Below are positions 9,274 through 20,271 of a DNA stretch of 35,618 bases, one piece after another. Origin of the DNA: Candidatus Omnitrophota bacterium (GTDB taxonomy: Bacteria; Omnitrophota; Gorgyraeia; Duberdicusellales; 4484-171); NCBI GenBank assembly GCA_046484225.1, contig JAWOBO010000038.1, positions 1 to 35,618 on the forward strand. The letters run 5' to 3'. The notes beneath the pieces are model-generated. The model was given only the letters and a program-made list of their open reading frames with translations, did not search any database and had not been told where the DNA came from. The position numbers were made by a program, and so were the translations under genes. Position 1 is the stretch's first letter; each line of letters starts with the position of its first letter.

Positions 9274-9996
9274 ATGCGTCTCCTAGAAGTTAAAAATTTG
9301 ACTAAAAGTTATGGTGCAAACACCGTGGTAAAAGACTTATCTCTTTCGGTAAAAAGAGGAGAAGTCGTAGGTTTACTTGGGCCTAACGGTGCCGGTAAAA
9401 CTACTAGTTTTTATATGATTGTCGGAATTATCCCACCTGATAACGGCAAAATACTTTTTGATAACGAAGATATTACTTATCTGCCGATTCATTTGCGAGC
9501 AAAATTTGGCATTGGATATCTATCACAAGAACCATCTGTATTTAGAAAGCTTACGGTTGAAGAAAATATATTAGCAATTCTTGAAACTTTACCGATAAAC
9601 CGCAGTCAAAGGTTGAGCAAACTGAATGAACTTCTCAAAGAATTGAGAATATCTCACCTGCGTAAAAACCAAGCCTATACATTAAGCGGAGGAGAAATGC
9701 GCAGATTAGAAATTACCCGAGCCCTGGTGACTAACCCTTCTTTTCTTTTACTTGACGAACCTTTTTCTGGTATTGATCCAATCGTAGTAAAAGAAGCTCA
9801 ACAAATAATCGGAGAACTAAAAGAGAAAGGCTTAGGCATTCTTATCACCGATCATAATGTCCGCGAAACACTTTCAATTACAGATAGAGCTTATTTAATC
9901 ACAGAAGGCCAAATATTAACCGCTGGAAACTCCGAGGAACTAATTAACCACGACCGGGCTAGAGAAGTATACTTAGGAAAAGATTTTAAAATGTAA
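9274..9996 (+). CDS. lptB: LPS export ABC transporter ATPase
   Basis: GPNGAGKTTSFYMIVG, LSGGEMRRLEI, LLDEPFSGIDP, ILITDHNVRETL, VYLG. Confidence 0.97.
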   Translation: MRLLEVKNLTKSYGANTVVKDLSLSVKRGEVVGLLGPNGAGKTTSFYMIVGIIPPDNGKILFDNEDITYLPIHLRAKFGIGYLSQEPSVFRKLTVEENILAILETLPINRSQRLSKLNELLKELRISHLRKNQAYTLSGGEMRRLEITRALVTNPSFLLLDEPFSGIDPIVVKEAQQIIGELKEKGLGILITDHNVRETLSITDRAYLITEGQILTAGNSEELINHDRAREVYLGKDFKM

Positions 9997-10035
9997 AACA
10001 CGGATGTACACAGATAGATGCAGATACACACAGAT
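9994..10035 (+). repeat. Period-10 tandem repeat (4 x ...CAGAT)
   Basis: CGGAT/CAGAT at 10001, 10011, 10021 and 10031; 36/42 identical to the reverse complement of 27469-27510. Confidence 0.8.
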
Positions 10036-10060
10036 AAATAACTAAAGGGAGAGTGGAATT

Positions 10061-10948
10061 ATGGAAGTTAATGTCAAAAAAATTGATAAGCTAAAACACA
10101 AATTAGATATAAAATTAACTGGAAAAGAGTTTACTGACAAAAAAGACAAATTTTATGATCAAGCTTCAAAAAAGTTAAAAGTACCTGGTTTCAGGCCCGG
10201 AAAAGCACCTCTCAACCTAATTAAAAAACATCACGAAAAAACACTTAAAGATGAGTTTATAAAACAACACCTCCCGGTAATTTACCAACAAGCTTTAGAA
10301 CAAAGTGAAATTACACCTGCAGGACTTCCTCAGGTTTCTGATATAAAAATAACCGACCAAGCTCTCAGTTTTGTGGCTGAACTAGAGATACAACCAAAAA
10401 TTGAGATAAAAGAAAGCACTTATAAAGGCATAAAAATCAAAGATCAAAAAACTTCACCTGACTCTAAACAGGTAGAAGAAATGATAAAAAAGTTTAAAGA
10501 AGAGGTCAAAAAGATAACTAAAAAAGAGTTTGATGATCAAAAATTAGCTAAGTGGGCTTCTTATCCGGATATGAATTCCTTCAAAGATGCGATCAATACT
10601 CAGCTTCATCTTGACAGCTTACAAAAAAGAAGGCAAAATATTGATAATCAAATAAAAACTCATCTTCTTAAGTCTATCAAGGTTGAAGTACCAAAGGCAG
10701 AAATAGAAAGATACCACAAACAGTTAGTAGATCGACAAATGCAACAACTACAACAACAGGGAGTAAAACAGCAGGATTTAGAGAAGTATAAGGCTGATTT
10801 TGAAAAAAAATTAGAACCTATGGCTGAAGATGAAGTAAAATTTTTCTATATTTTACGAGCAATTGCAAAAAAAGAAAAAATAAAGGAAGACCGGGGAATG
10901 GCTGAAGCCGTACTAGGTCTTATCTTGAGCGAAGCAAACTTTAAGTAA
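10061..10948 (+). CDS. tig: Trigger factor lacking the FKBP PPIase domain
   Basis: Ribosome-binding signature VPGFRPGKAP, YKGIKI linker, C-terminal helical domain (IAKKEKI); only 295 aa; upstream of clpP. Confidence 0.88.
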   Translation: MEVNVKKIDKLKHKLDIKLTGKEFTDKKDKFYDQASKKLKVPGFRPGKAPLNLIKKHHEKTLKDEFIKQHLPVIYQQALEQSEITPAGLPQVSDIKITDQALSFVAELEIQPKIEIKESTYKGIKIKDQKTSPDSKQVEEMIKKFKEEVKKITKKEFDDQKLAKWASYPDMNSFKDAINTQLHLDSLQKRRQNIDNQIKTHLLKSIKVEVPKAEIERYHKQLVDRQMQQLQQQGVKQQDLEKYKADFEKKLEPMAEDEVKFFYILRAIAKKEKIKEDRGMAEAVLGLILSEANFK

Positions 10949-10978
10949 TAACATTACGACAAAGCAATCTCTCTGTGA

Positions 10979-11050
10979 TGTCATCCTGAGCCCGAAGGGC
11001 GAAGGATCTCATTCGTTATAGAGATTCTTCGGCTTCGCCTCAGAATGACA
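10979..11050. repeat. Branched palindromic (REP/RPE-like) element
   Basis: Outer stem TGTCATCCTGAG / CTCAGAATGACA; inner stem GAAGGATCTC / GAGATTCTTC; side hairpins GCCC-GAA-GGGC and GGC-TTC-GCC. Confidence 0.85.
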
Positions 11051-11100
11051 AATTGTTGATAAAGCTTTTTACAATACGAACGTTTTCAATGGAGGTAGAA

Positions 11101-11703
11101 ATGAAAAATCAAACTTATGTCCCGATGGTTATCGAAAAAACTGGACGAGCTGAACGAGCTTACGATATTTTTTCTCGGCTTCTTAAGGATAGAATAATTT
11201 TCATTGGAACACCAGTTAATGATAACGTCGCTAATGTAGTTATTGCGCAAATGCTCTTTTTGCAGATGGAAGACGTAAAAAAAGATATAAGCCTATACAT
11301 TAACTCACCCGGAGGGGCAATCACTGCTGGAATGGCAATCTATGATACAATGCAATTTGTAAAGTGTGATGTTGCTACCTACTGTATAGGACAAGCCGCG
11401 TCTTTAGGAGCATTACTTCTTGCCTCTGGAGCTAAAAACAAAAGATTTGCTTTACCAAACTCTAGAATAATGATCCACCAACCTTGGGGTGGATATCAAG
11501 GAACAGCAGCAGACATTGCTATTCACGCTAAAGAAATAATAAACGTAAAGGCAAAAGTAAATAGAATTTTATCTGAGCATACCGGAAGATCACTAAAACA
11601 AATAGAGAAGGATACTGACCGTGACTATTTTATGTCAGCATCAGAATCTAAAAGTTACGGGATAGTAGATGATGTTATTGAAAAAACTAAAAAAGACAAA
11701 TAA
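11101..11703 (+). CDS. clpP: ATP-dependent Clp protease proteolytic subunit
   Basis: [42 protein letters not shown]; GGAGGT SD before ATG 11101. Confidence 0.97.
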   Translation: MKNQTYVPMVIEKTGRAERAYDIFSRLLKDRIIFIGTPVNDNVANVVIAQMLFLQMEDVKKDISLYINSPGGAITAGMAIYDTMQFVKCDVATYCIGQAASLGALLLASGAKNKRFALPNSRIMIHQPWGGYQGTAADIAIHAKEIINVKAKVNRILSEHTGRSLKQIEKDTDRDYFMSASESKSYGIVDDVIEKTKKDK

Positions 11704-11723
11704 ACTAAAAACGAGGAGAAAAT

Positions 11724-12860
11724 ATGACGCGTAAAAAATTAATGACTCCCGGGCCTTCGCCGGTTCCTTCTTTTCTAAGAGAAGTTTTAGCTAAGGAAAT
11801 AATCCATCACAGAACAGATGAATTTAGAAGCATCTTGGCAAAAGTACACCAAGGACTTCAGAGCCTTCTTTTTACCAAAAATCCTGTAGTTGTCCTTTCA
11901 GCTTCTGGAACTGGAGCAATGGAGGCAGCTGTTAGCAATTTATTTTCAAAGGGAGATAAAGTTATTACTATATCCGGAGGAAAATTCGGCCAACGTTGGG
12001 CTGAAATTTCAAATAGCTTTTCCTTAGATGTAGTTGAGATAGAAATAGAGTGGGGTGATGCTCCAGATCCTCAAATGTTAGAAAAAGTTCTTGCTGAAAA
12101 TAAAGACACAAAAGCAGTTTTAACTACTCTTTGTGAAACCTCAACCGCAACAGTATATGATATTGAAGGCATTACAAAAATTGCCAAAAAAGCAGGGGCG
12201 ATAACGGTAGTAGATGCAATAAGTGGCCTGGGCCAAGATAAGCTTCTCACTGATCAATGGGGAGTTGATGTAGTAGTTAGCGGCTCTCAAAAAGGATTAA
12301 TGCTGCCGCCTGGCCTTTCTTTTGTAAGCATAAGTGACAAAGCAAAAGAATTAATGGAAAAATCTGATTTGCCTAAATACTATTTTGATTTAAAAAAAGC
12401 TTTAGGCAAACATAAAACTAACGATACACCTTACACTCCAGCAGTTACCATTATTGTTGCTTTAGCAGCCGCTTTAGACGCTATTAACAAAGAAGGAGTT
12501 GAAGTTCGCTGGCAAAAATTTGCCAAATTAGCCAAAGCCACCCAATCAGCAGCAAAAGCTTTAGGGCTTTCTATTCTTTCTAGCAGCCCTTCAGCTTCGG
12601 CAACTGCAATTAAAGTGCCCGAAAATATAAAATCTTCTGAAGTTGTAAAAATTTTAAGAGATAAATACGGCTTAAGCATTGCCGGCGGGCAAGCCCAATT
12701 AAAAAACAAAATAATAAGAATAGCTCATATGGGTTGGATAAATGCACAAGATTTAATTTCATGTTTTTCACTTCTTGAGGTTGTACTCAAAGAAGTGGGA
12801 TATCAATTTAATTCCGGCAGCTCACTTGCACAACTAGAGGAGGTTATCTATGGCCAATAA
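11724..12860 (+). CDS. Class V PLP aminotransferase (alanine-glyoxylate/serine-pyruvate family; likely phosphoserine aminotransferase role)
   Basis: LMTPGP, HHR, SGTGAME, ETST, VDAISG, SGSQKGLMLPPG, RIAHMG; overlaps serA. Confidence 0.88.
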   Translation: MTRKKLMTPGPSPVPSFLREVLAKEIIHHRTDEFRSILAKVHQGLQSLLFTKNPVVVLSASGTGAMEAAVSNLFSKGDKVITISGGKFGQRWAEISNSFSLDVVEIEIEWGDAPDPQMLEKVLAENKDTKAVLTTLCETSTATVYDIEGITKIAKKAGAITVVDAISGLGQDKLLTDQWGVDVVVSGSQKGLMLPPGLSFVSISDKAKELMEKSDLPKYYFDLKKALGKHKTNDTPYTPAVTIIVALAAALDAINKEGVEVRWQKFAKLAKATQSAAKALGLSILSSSPSASATAIKVPENIKSSEVVKILRDKYGLSIAGGQAQLKNKIIRIAHMGWINAQDLISCFSLLEVVLKEVGYQFNSGSSLAQLEEVIYGQ

Positions 12861-14433
12861 AGTTTTAATATCTGACAAGTTAAGCAAAGAAGGTATTCAA
12901 ATTTTAGAGAAAGCTGGTTTCCAGGTTGATTGCAAATACAGTCTCTCGCCGGAAGAACTAAAAAAGGAAATAGCTAACTACCAAGCAATAGTCATAAGAA
13001 GCGGTACAAAACTTACTGCAGATATTATTAATGCTGCCAAAAATCTAAAATTTATCGCCAGAGCAGGAGTTGGAGTTGATAATATCGATATCAACGCCGC
13101 CACTAACTCTGGAATAATTGTTATGAACGCTCCCGGCGGAAATACGATCTCAACTTGCGAGCAAACTTTTGCTCTGCTTCTTTCAGTTGCAAGAAACATT
13201 CCTTTTGCCTACAACTCTTTAAAAGAAAAGAAATGGGAAAGATCAAAATTTAAAGGAACAGAGCTTTATCTTAAAAAACTAGGCATAATTGGCTTGGGAA
13301 GAATTGGGAAAGAAGTAGCTAAGCGAGCTTTATCTTTTGGGATGGAAGTCTTAGTTTATGATCCTTTTTTGCAAAAAGAAATTGCCGAACGTTTGGGAAT
13401 AAAATCTGTTAATTTAGAGGACTTAATTAAAAATTCAGATTTTATTACAGTTCATACACCATTAACCAAAACAACTAAAGATCTTATATCAGACAAAGAG
13501 TTTAATAAGATGAAATCTAGCGCCTATATTGTAAACTGTGCCCGAGGAGGAATAATAAACGAAAACGCCCTAGCTAAAGCCTTAGCTGATAAAAAGATAG
13601 CCGGAGCGGCTGTGGATGTCTATTCCAAAGAGCCTCCTTTAGAATTAAAATTTATTGATTCTAAAAAATTAATCGCAACTCCACATCTAGGAGCTTCAAC
13701 AAAAGAAGCTCAATTGAATGTAGCAATTGAAGCAGCGAATTCAGTAAAAGACGCTCTCTTAGGCAAAGCAATAAACAACGCAATAAACTATGCACAACTT
13801 GAACCAGAAACTTATCAAGCTATGCAACCTTATTTTAACCTCGCTGATAAAATGGGATCTTTTGTTTCTCAACTTACCGAAGGTGCAATAAAAACTGTAA
13901 AGATATCTTACCTTGGTAAAATATCTACTCAAAAAGTAGATATCATCGGAGGAATGTTTTTAAAAGGACTACTCTCGCAACAAGTTGAAAAAGACATAAA
14001 TCAAATTAATGCGCTAGATGTCGCTAAAGAACGAGGTATAAAAATAGAACAAATTAAAGCTCCCGAAGAAGAAGAATACATAAACTCACTTCGACTTAAA
14101 ATAACTACCGATAAAGATGAAAAAACTTTAGAAGGAACCCTTTTTGCAAACTCTGACCCTCGCTTTGTAAGCATGAACGGAGTCTCGCTTGAGGTATCTC
14201 CATCAACTCATATGTTAGTTATAAATAATAAAGATATGCCTGGTGTAATTGGATTTTTAGGAACTACTTTGGGAGAGGACAATGTAAATATCGCTGGAAT
14301 GAGTTTGGGTAGACACACCCCCAAAGGTACGGCTCTTACTATTTTAAATTTAGATAATGCGCCTAAAGAAAAAGTGCTTGAAAAAATTAAAACCAACCCT
14401 AACATAATATCAGTTAAGGTAATAAAACTCTAA
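12850..14433 (+). CDS. serA: D-3-phosphoglycerate dehydrogenase (type I, ASB + ACT)
   Basis: RAGVGVDNID, GLGRIG, HTPL, NCARGG, TPHLGAST.EAQ, C-terminal ACT (DMPGVIG...NIAGM). Confidence 0.96.
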   Translation: MANKVLISDKLSKEGIQILEKAGFQVDCKYSLSPEELKKEIANYQAIVIRSGTKLTADIINAAKNLKFIARAGVGVDNIDINAATNSGIIVMNAPGGNTISTCEQTFALLLSVARNIPFAYNSLKEKKWERSKFKGTELYLKKLGIIGLGRIGKEVAKRALSFGMEVLVYDPFLQKEIAERLGIKSVNLEDLIKNSDFITVHTPLTKTTKDLISDKEFNKMKSSAYIVNCARGGIINENALAKALADKKIAGAAVDVYSKEPPLELKFIDSKKLIATPHLGASTKEAQLNVAIEAANSVKDALLGKAINNAINYAQLEPETYQAMQPYFNLADKMGSFVSQLTEGAIKTVKISYLGKISTQKVDIIGGMFLKGLLSQQVEKDINQINALDVAKERGIKIEQIKAPEEEEYINSLRLKITTDKDEKTLEGTLFANSDPRFVSMNGVSLEVSPSTHMLVINNKDMPGVIGFLGTTLGEDNVNIAGMSLGRHTPKGTALTILNLDNAPKEKVLEKIKTNPNIISVKVIKL

Positions 14434-14435
14434 AT

Positions 14436-14463
14436 TAGCTCATAGCTCATGGTTGTTAGCTTA
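14436..14463 (+). repeat. Period-7 tandem repeat after the serA stop
   Basis: TAGCTCA TAGCTCA TGGTTGT TAGCTTA. Confidence 0.55.
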
Positions 14464-14485
14464 GGAAAAAAATTCGGAGAGTGAA

Positions 14486-14542
14486 AATGTATCTACTTAT
14501 TTGCGAAGCAAATTCTGCTCGAAGAGCAGTAGTAGATCCATT
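14486..14542. repeat. Three-way-junction palindromic element
   Basis: Outer stem AATGTATCTACT / AGTAGATCCATT (11/12) encloses ATTTGC-GAA-GCAAAT and CTGCTC-GAA-GAGCAG. Confidence 0.75.
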
Positions 14543-14617
14543 ATTGCTTTTGATTACAAAAATAATTTTTCCATATAAAATATTTTGCAATATTAGCAAT
14601 AAAAATAAACAAACTAA

Positions 14618-15892
<1,275 letters not shown>

Positions 15893-15893
15893 A

Positions 15894-17999
15894 ATGGATT
15901 TGTTTTTAGTTTTCGCAGGTTCGCTATTGGCTTTAATCTTTTGTGGTTATTTAATTCGTTGGATATTAAAACAACCTCAAGGTAATGAAAATATGGTTAA
16001 GATCACCAACTATATCTTTGAAGGCGCAAAAGGTTACCTGCGCCAACAATATAAGGTGGTTGGAGCATTCTTCGTTATCGTTTTTATAATATTACTGGCA
16101 ATGGCCTTAAAAGGCTTACTTGTAATATTTGTTCCTTTTGCTTTTTTAACCGGCGGGATATTTTCAGGATTTTGTGGTTTTTTAGGAATGTACATTTCAA
16201 CAAAATCAAACGCCCGTACTACCCAAGCTACATCTTCTAGCTTAAACAAAGGCCTAAGGGTAGCCTTTAGTGCTGGGATGGTTATGGGGCTGATGGTCGT
16301 CGGCTTAGGCTTAATCTTTTTAACCGGCTGGTTTATATTCTTAAAGCTATATTACTCAAACAATCCTCTTCCTTACGGAAGCAACCTTTTTACTGCTATC
16401 ACCTCAACTATGCTTTGTTTTGGAATGGGGGCTTCAGGTTATGCTCTTTTTGCACGTTTAGGTGGGGGAATATATACTAAGGCAGCTGATGTAGGCGCTG
16501 ACTTAGTTGGAAAAGTGGAAACCGGCATTCCCGAAGACGATCCAAGAAACCCGGCAGTTATTGCCGACCAGGTTGGAGATAATGTTGGTGATGTAGCTGG
16601 AATGGGAGCCGACCTTTTTGAGTCTTACGTCGGTTCAATAGTTGCAGCCATGGCTCTTGCTGCAGCAGCCGGACTGGGGTCAAGAGGAATTATAACCCCT
16701 TTGTTATTAGCTACCGGCGGAGTTGTTGCTTCTCTATTGGGCTATTTCTTTGTCCGCACTAAAGAAGATGCGACACAAAGCTCACTGCTTAAAGCTTTAC
16801 GAAAAGGAGTCTGGACTGCAGCCGCTTTAACTATTGTTTTTTCATTTTTTATTATTAAAAACTATCTTCCGCAACAAATGGGTATTTTTGGTTCAGTTAT
16901 CATTGGGTTGGTAGCAGGCATACTAATTGGACAATTTACTGAATATTTCACCTCAGCCCACTACAAGCCCACAAAAACACTTTCAAAATCTTCAGAAACT
17001 GGAACTGCTACTTTTATTATTGAAGGCCTAGCTTTAGGAATGATTTCGCCAATCGGCGCTGTAATCACCGTTAGTGCAGCAATTTTAGGTAGTTTTGCAA
17101 TAAGTGGGGGCTTTCAAAATTATACGATAGGTCTTTACGGTATTGGAATATCAGCCGTTGGCATGCTTTCAACTTTAGGAATAACCTTAGCGACCGATGC
17201 CTATGGGCCAGTTGCTGATAATGCCGGCGGAATAGCAGAGATGGCTGAATTAGGCCCAGAGGTAAGGAAAAAGACAGACCAACTTGATTCATTAGGAAAT
17301 ACTACAGCCGCAACCGGTAAAGGTTTTGCTATCGGTTCAGCAGCTCTTACAGCTCTAGCTTTGATTGTTGCCTACCGTAACCATTTAATCAATGAAGCCG
17401 GCAGGTTAGATATAGCCTTAGATCTAAATCTAAGCTTACTTGAACCAAATATAGTTATTGGTTTATTTGTTGGCGCGCTCATGCCTTTTGCCTTTTGTTC
17501 GCTTTCTTTAAAAGCGGTAGGAAGAGCGGCAGGTTCAATAATTTCCGAAGTTAGAAGACAGTTTTCTCAAATTACCGGTTTGCTTGAGGGTAAAGCTAAG
17601 CCTGATTATACCCGCTGTGTAGAAATCACCACAAAGGCAGCTCAAAAAGAGATGATTGTACCTTCTCTTTTAGCTATTATTGCTCCGATTGCCATTGGTA
17701 TTCTTTTAGGAGTAAAAGGAACTATGGGCCTACTTATTGGAGCCTTAGCCTCAGGATTTGTGTTAGCAATTATGATGGCTAATGCTGGTGGTGCTTGGGA
17801 TAACGCTAAAAAATATATTGAGGAAGGACATCACGGAGGCAAAGGATCAGATTCACATAAAGCAGCAGTCACCGGAGATACAATAGGAGATCCTTGTAAA
17901 GATACAGCCGGGCCATCCTTAAACATTTTAATTAAGCTAATGTCAATGGTCTCTATTGTGTTTAGCGGGCTAGTTATCTCTTTCAGCCTGTTCAAGTAA
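15894..17999 (+). CDS. hppA: K+-dependent membrane ion-translocating pyrophosphatase (probably Na+- or Na+/H+-pumping)
   Basis: [42 protein letters not shown] (Ala marks the K+-dependent class), GDTIGDP.KD. Confidence 0.95.
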   Translation: MDLFLVFAGSLLALIFCGYLIRWILKQPQGNENMVKITNYIFEGAKGYLRQQYKVVGAFFVIVFIILLAMALKGLLVIFVPFAFLTGGIFSGFCGFLGMYISTKSNARTTQATSSSLNKGLRVAFSAGMVMGLMVVGLGLIFLTGWFIFLKLYYSNNPLPYGSNLFTAITSTMLCFGMGASGYALFARLGGGIYTKAADVGADLVGKVETGIPEDDPRNPAVIADQVGDNVGDVAGMGADLFESYVGSIVAAMALAAAAGLGSRGIITPLLLATGGVVASLLGYFFVRTKEDATQSSLLKALRKGVWTAAALTIVFSFFIIKNYLPQQMGIFGSVIIGLVAGILIGQFTEYFTSAHYKPTKTLSKSSETGTATFIIEGLALGMISPIGAVITVSAAILGSFAISGGFQNYTIGLYGIGISAVGMLSTLGITLATDAYGPVADNAGGIAEMAELGPEVRKKTDQLDSLGNTTAATGKGFAIGSAALTALALIVAYRNHLINEAGRLDIALDLNLSLLEPNIVIGLFVGALMPFAFCSLSLKAVGRAAGSIISEVRRQFSQITGLLEGKAKPDYTRCVEITTKAAQKEMIVPSLLAIIAPIAIGILLGVKGTMGLLIGALASGFVLAIMMANAGGAWDNAKKYIEEGHHGGKGSDSHKAAVTGDTIGDPCKDTAGPSLNILIKLMSMVSIVFSGLVISFSLFK

Positions 18000-18008
18000 A
18001 TAAATATA

Positions 18009-18076
18009 AGATGGCAGATGGGAGATTGGAGATAATAAAATATATCTGCTAAACTCCAATCTGCAATCTCCAATCT
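18009..18076. repeat. Hairpin built of period-7 repeats
   Basis: Left arm AGATGGC AGATGGG AGATTGG AG; right arm CTCCAAT CTGCAAT CTCCAAT CT; 19/23 complementary. Confidence 0.8.
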
Positions 18077-18084
18077 AATAATTT

Positions 18085-18390
18085 ATGGAAGTTGAACTAA
18101 CAAATTGTCAAAAACACCTAGAAAAAAAAGAACAAGAGTGGGAAAGCCTTTGTGTAAGATGCGGGGCTTGCTGCGGGGCTTTTGACGATCCTTGCCTGCA
18201 TCTTAAAAAAGATAAATTTGGCAACTATTACTGTCAGATTTATTCAAAACGGTTTGGAATTAGAAAAACTTTAAATGGTCAACTTTTTAGATGTGTTCCG
18301 ATAAAAAAATTACTTCGTACTCATTGGAAAAACGATCATCTTTGCCCCTACAAGAAACTACAAAAAAAGCCTTCTACAGATATAATATGA
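18085..18390 (+). CDS. CxxCxxCC cysteine-cluster protein (YkgJ/YcgN-like)
   Basis: WESLCVRCGACC, C.HL, C.IY..R, CV, CPY. Confidence 0.8.
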   Translation: MEVELTNCQKHLEKKEQEWESLCVRCGACCGAFDDPCLHLKKDKFGNYYCQIYSKRFGIRKTLNGQLFRCVPIKKLLRTHWKNDHLCPYKKLQKKPSTDII

Positions 18391-19547
18391 AAAAAATAAA
18401 AGGGATAAATCTCGGTAGCTGGCTTCTTATGGAAGGTTATATCCTCGGTGGCCCAAATATCGCCGAAACCAAAATAAAAAAAGACTTTCAAAGAAAACAG
18501 GGAAAAGTTGAGCTTAAAAAATTTGAGAATTTTTTTCGGAAAAATTTTATTCAAAAACAGGATTTTAAAAATATTGCCCAAACTAAAGCAAAATATATAC
18601 GGCTACCTTTTAACCAAAAGCTAATAGAAAAAAAGCCGTACTCTTACTCAAAAACCGGTACCCAATTTATAAAAAATGCCCTAAATTGGGCAGCTGAATT
18701 CAACCTAAAGATAATCTTAGACCTCCATGCTGCTTGCGGATCACAAAACTGTGACTGGCATGGCGATTCAGACGGATCGGCAAAATTCTGGCAAAAAAAA
18801 TCATACAGAAATCGAGCCATTAAACTTTGGGCTTATCTATCTGATAAATTTAATGATCATCCCGGCTTAGGCGGATACGACCTGCTCAACGAACCAGTCA
18901 CCGATAAAAACAATATTAATTTAATTAAAGATTACTATAAAAAAGCAATAGCTGCGATTAAATGCTCTGACAAAAGGAACCCTATCTTTTTAGAAGGAAA
19001 TTGCTGGGCTCAACAAATTAATTTTCTCGCCGATCTAATTTCTGAAAATATAAAAATTAGCATTCATGCCTATTCACCGCTTTCTTACACCTATGATTTT
19101 GTAAAAGGGTTGAGTTATCCGGGAAAAATTGAAGGCCAGCGGTGGAACAAATCAACCATCTATAAATGCATGAAACCTTATGCTGATTTTTCTAAAAAAA
19201 ATAATGTTGATATTCTAGTGGGTGAATTCGGCATAAATTGGCGCGGCGGTTTTTGGGGAGAAAAAAAATACCTTGATGACCTTCTTTCAGTTTTTGATGA
19301 TTATAATTTTGGCTACACCTATTGGACCTACAAAGCTATAGCAAACTCGACCTTTCCTGACGGATTGTTTCAGTATCTTGGGAACAACAACTACGTAAAA
19401 AGAGAAGGGCCAACTTATGGTTGGCAGAACTACTCTTTATATTGGAAAAAAGAGAAAAAAAAGATTAGAAACTTTTGGCAAACAAAAAATTTTACGCCGA
19501 ACAAAGAACTTTTAACAATTTTAAAAAAACACTTTAAAAAGAATTAG
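18387..19547 (+). CDS. Glycoside hydrolase family 5, no signal peptide
   Basis: GINLGSWLLMEGY, IRLPF, ILDLH, LLNEP (acid/base), IHAY, VGEFG (nucleophile), WTYK; start at the ATGA overlap 18387. Confidence 0.9.
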   Translation: MKKIKGINLGSWLLMEGYILGGPNIAETKIKKDFQRKQGKVELKKFENFFRKNFIQKQDFKNIAQTKAKYIRLPFNQKLIEKKPYSYSKTGTQFIKNALNWAAEFNLKIILDLHAACGSQNCDWHGDSDGSAKFWQKKSYRNRAIKLWAYLSDKFNDHPGLGGYDLLNEPVTDKNNINLIKDYYKKAIAAIKCSDKRNPIFLEGNCWAQQINFLADLISENIKISIHAYSPLSYTYDFVKGLSYPGKIEGQRWNKSTIYKCMKPYADFSKKNNVDILVGEFGINWRGGFWGEKKYLDDLLSVFDDYNFGYTYWTYKAIANSTFPDGLFQYLGNNNYVKREGPTYGWQNYSLYWKKEKKKIRNFWQTKNFTPNKELLTILKKHFKKN

Positions 19548-19643
19548 AAAGTACCGATAGACGATAGATGATGGATGAAAGGACGAAATCGTCTGCCATC
19601 TTAGTGAAACAGCCGTCTATCATCCATCGGAACGAAACTATAA
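19547..19643 (+). repeat. 97-nt heptamer-periodic hairpin element, copy 1 (MITE-like)
   Basis: Ends GTACCGA...TCGGAAC; 78/97 identical without gaps to 22457-22553. Confidence 0.9.
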
Positions 19644-19650
19644 CTTAGAT

Positions 19651-20271
19651 ATGATTGTACCTGCTTTACTTAGCCAAGACAAAGAAAAAATGCAAGAGAT
19701 GCTTAATATCTGCTCTAATTTTGCAGAGTTAGTCCAAATAGATATTATGGACGGAAAATTCGTTCCTTCCCAAAGCATAACTACCCAAGAATTAGTTCAA
19801 CTAAAAATTAATACCCCTAATGAACTTCATTTGATGGTCAATAATCCTTTTGCTTGGATAGAGCCAGCTTCTCAAATTGGCTCAAAACGAATAATATTCC
19901 ACTTAGAAACAGAAATAGATCACAAAAAATTAATTACAGACATAAGAAAATCAGGAATGGAAGCAGGAGTGTCCCTAAATCCTGAAACAAAAATTGAAAA
20001 ACTAAAACCGATTATCAACCAAATTGATTTAGTACTGTTTATGTCTGTTAATCCTGGTTTCTATGGTGCGGCTTTCATCCCAGAGGTGTTAGAGAAAATT
20101 AAAAAATTTAAAAAAATTTGGCCGGATAAAAAAACTGCTATCGACGGAGGAGTTAAAGAAAGCAACTTTCTTAAGATAAAAAATATTGGCCTAGATTATA
20201 TTTGTATTGGAAGCGCAATACTTAAGTCAGAAAACCCCAAACAAGCATTTTTAAAATTTAGCCGTCTTTAG
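19651..20271 (+). CDS. rpe: Ribulose-phosphate 3-epimerase
   Basis: DIMDGKFVP, HLMV, FHLE, LNPET, MSVNPGF.G, IDGGV. Confidence 0.93.
   Translation: MIVPALLSQDKEKMQEMLNICSNFAELVQIDIMDGKFVPSQSITTQELVQLKINTPNELHLMVNNPFAWIEPASQIGSKRIIFHLETEIDHKKLITDIRKSGMEAGVSLNPETKIEKLKPIINQIDLVLFMSVNPGFYGAAFIPEVLEKIKKFKKIWPDKKTAIDGGVKESNFLKIKNIGLDYICIGSAILKSENPKQAFLKFSRL

Noticed and set aside
11053-11100. Upstream ORF-track starts for clpP (also 2212, 18291, 30334, 33422, 33775)
   Set aside because: Downstream ATGs fit homology, SD position, promoter position or stop-start coupling better.
19547-19643. Hammerhead ribozyme or CRISPR interpretation of the GATGA/GAAA-rich repeat
   Set aside because: No CTGATGA core with correctly placed stems; copies are dispersed rather than repeat-spacer arrays; no cas genes in the window.
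19651-20271. Rpe first metal ligand reads QID rather than HxD, suggesting inactivation
   Set aside because: All other catalytic motifs are intact and Gln may substitute; there is not enough evidence to call it inactive.
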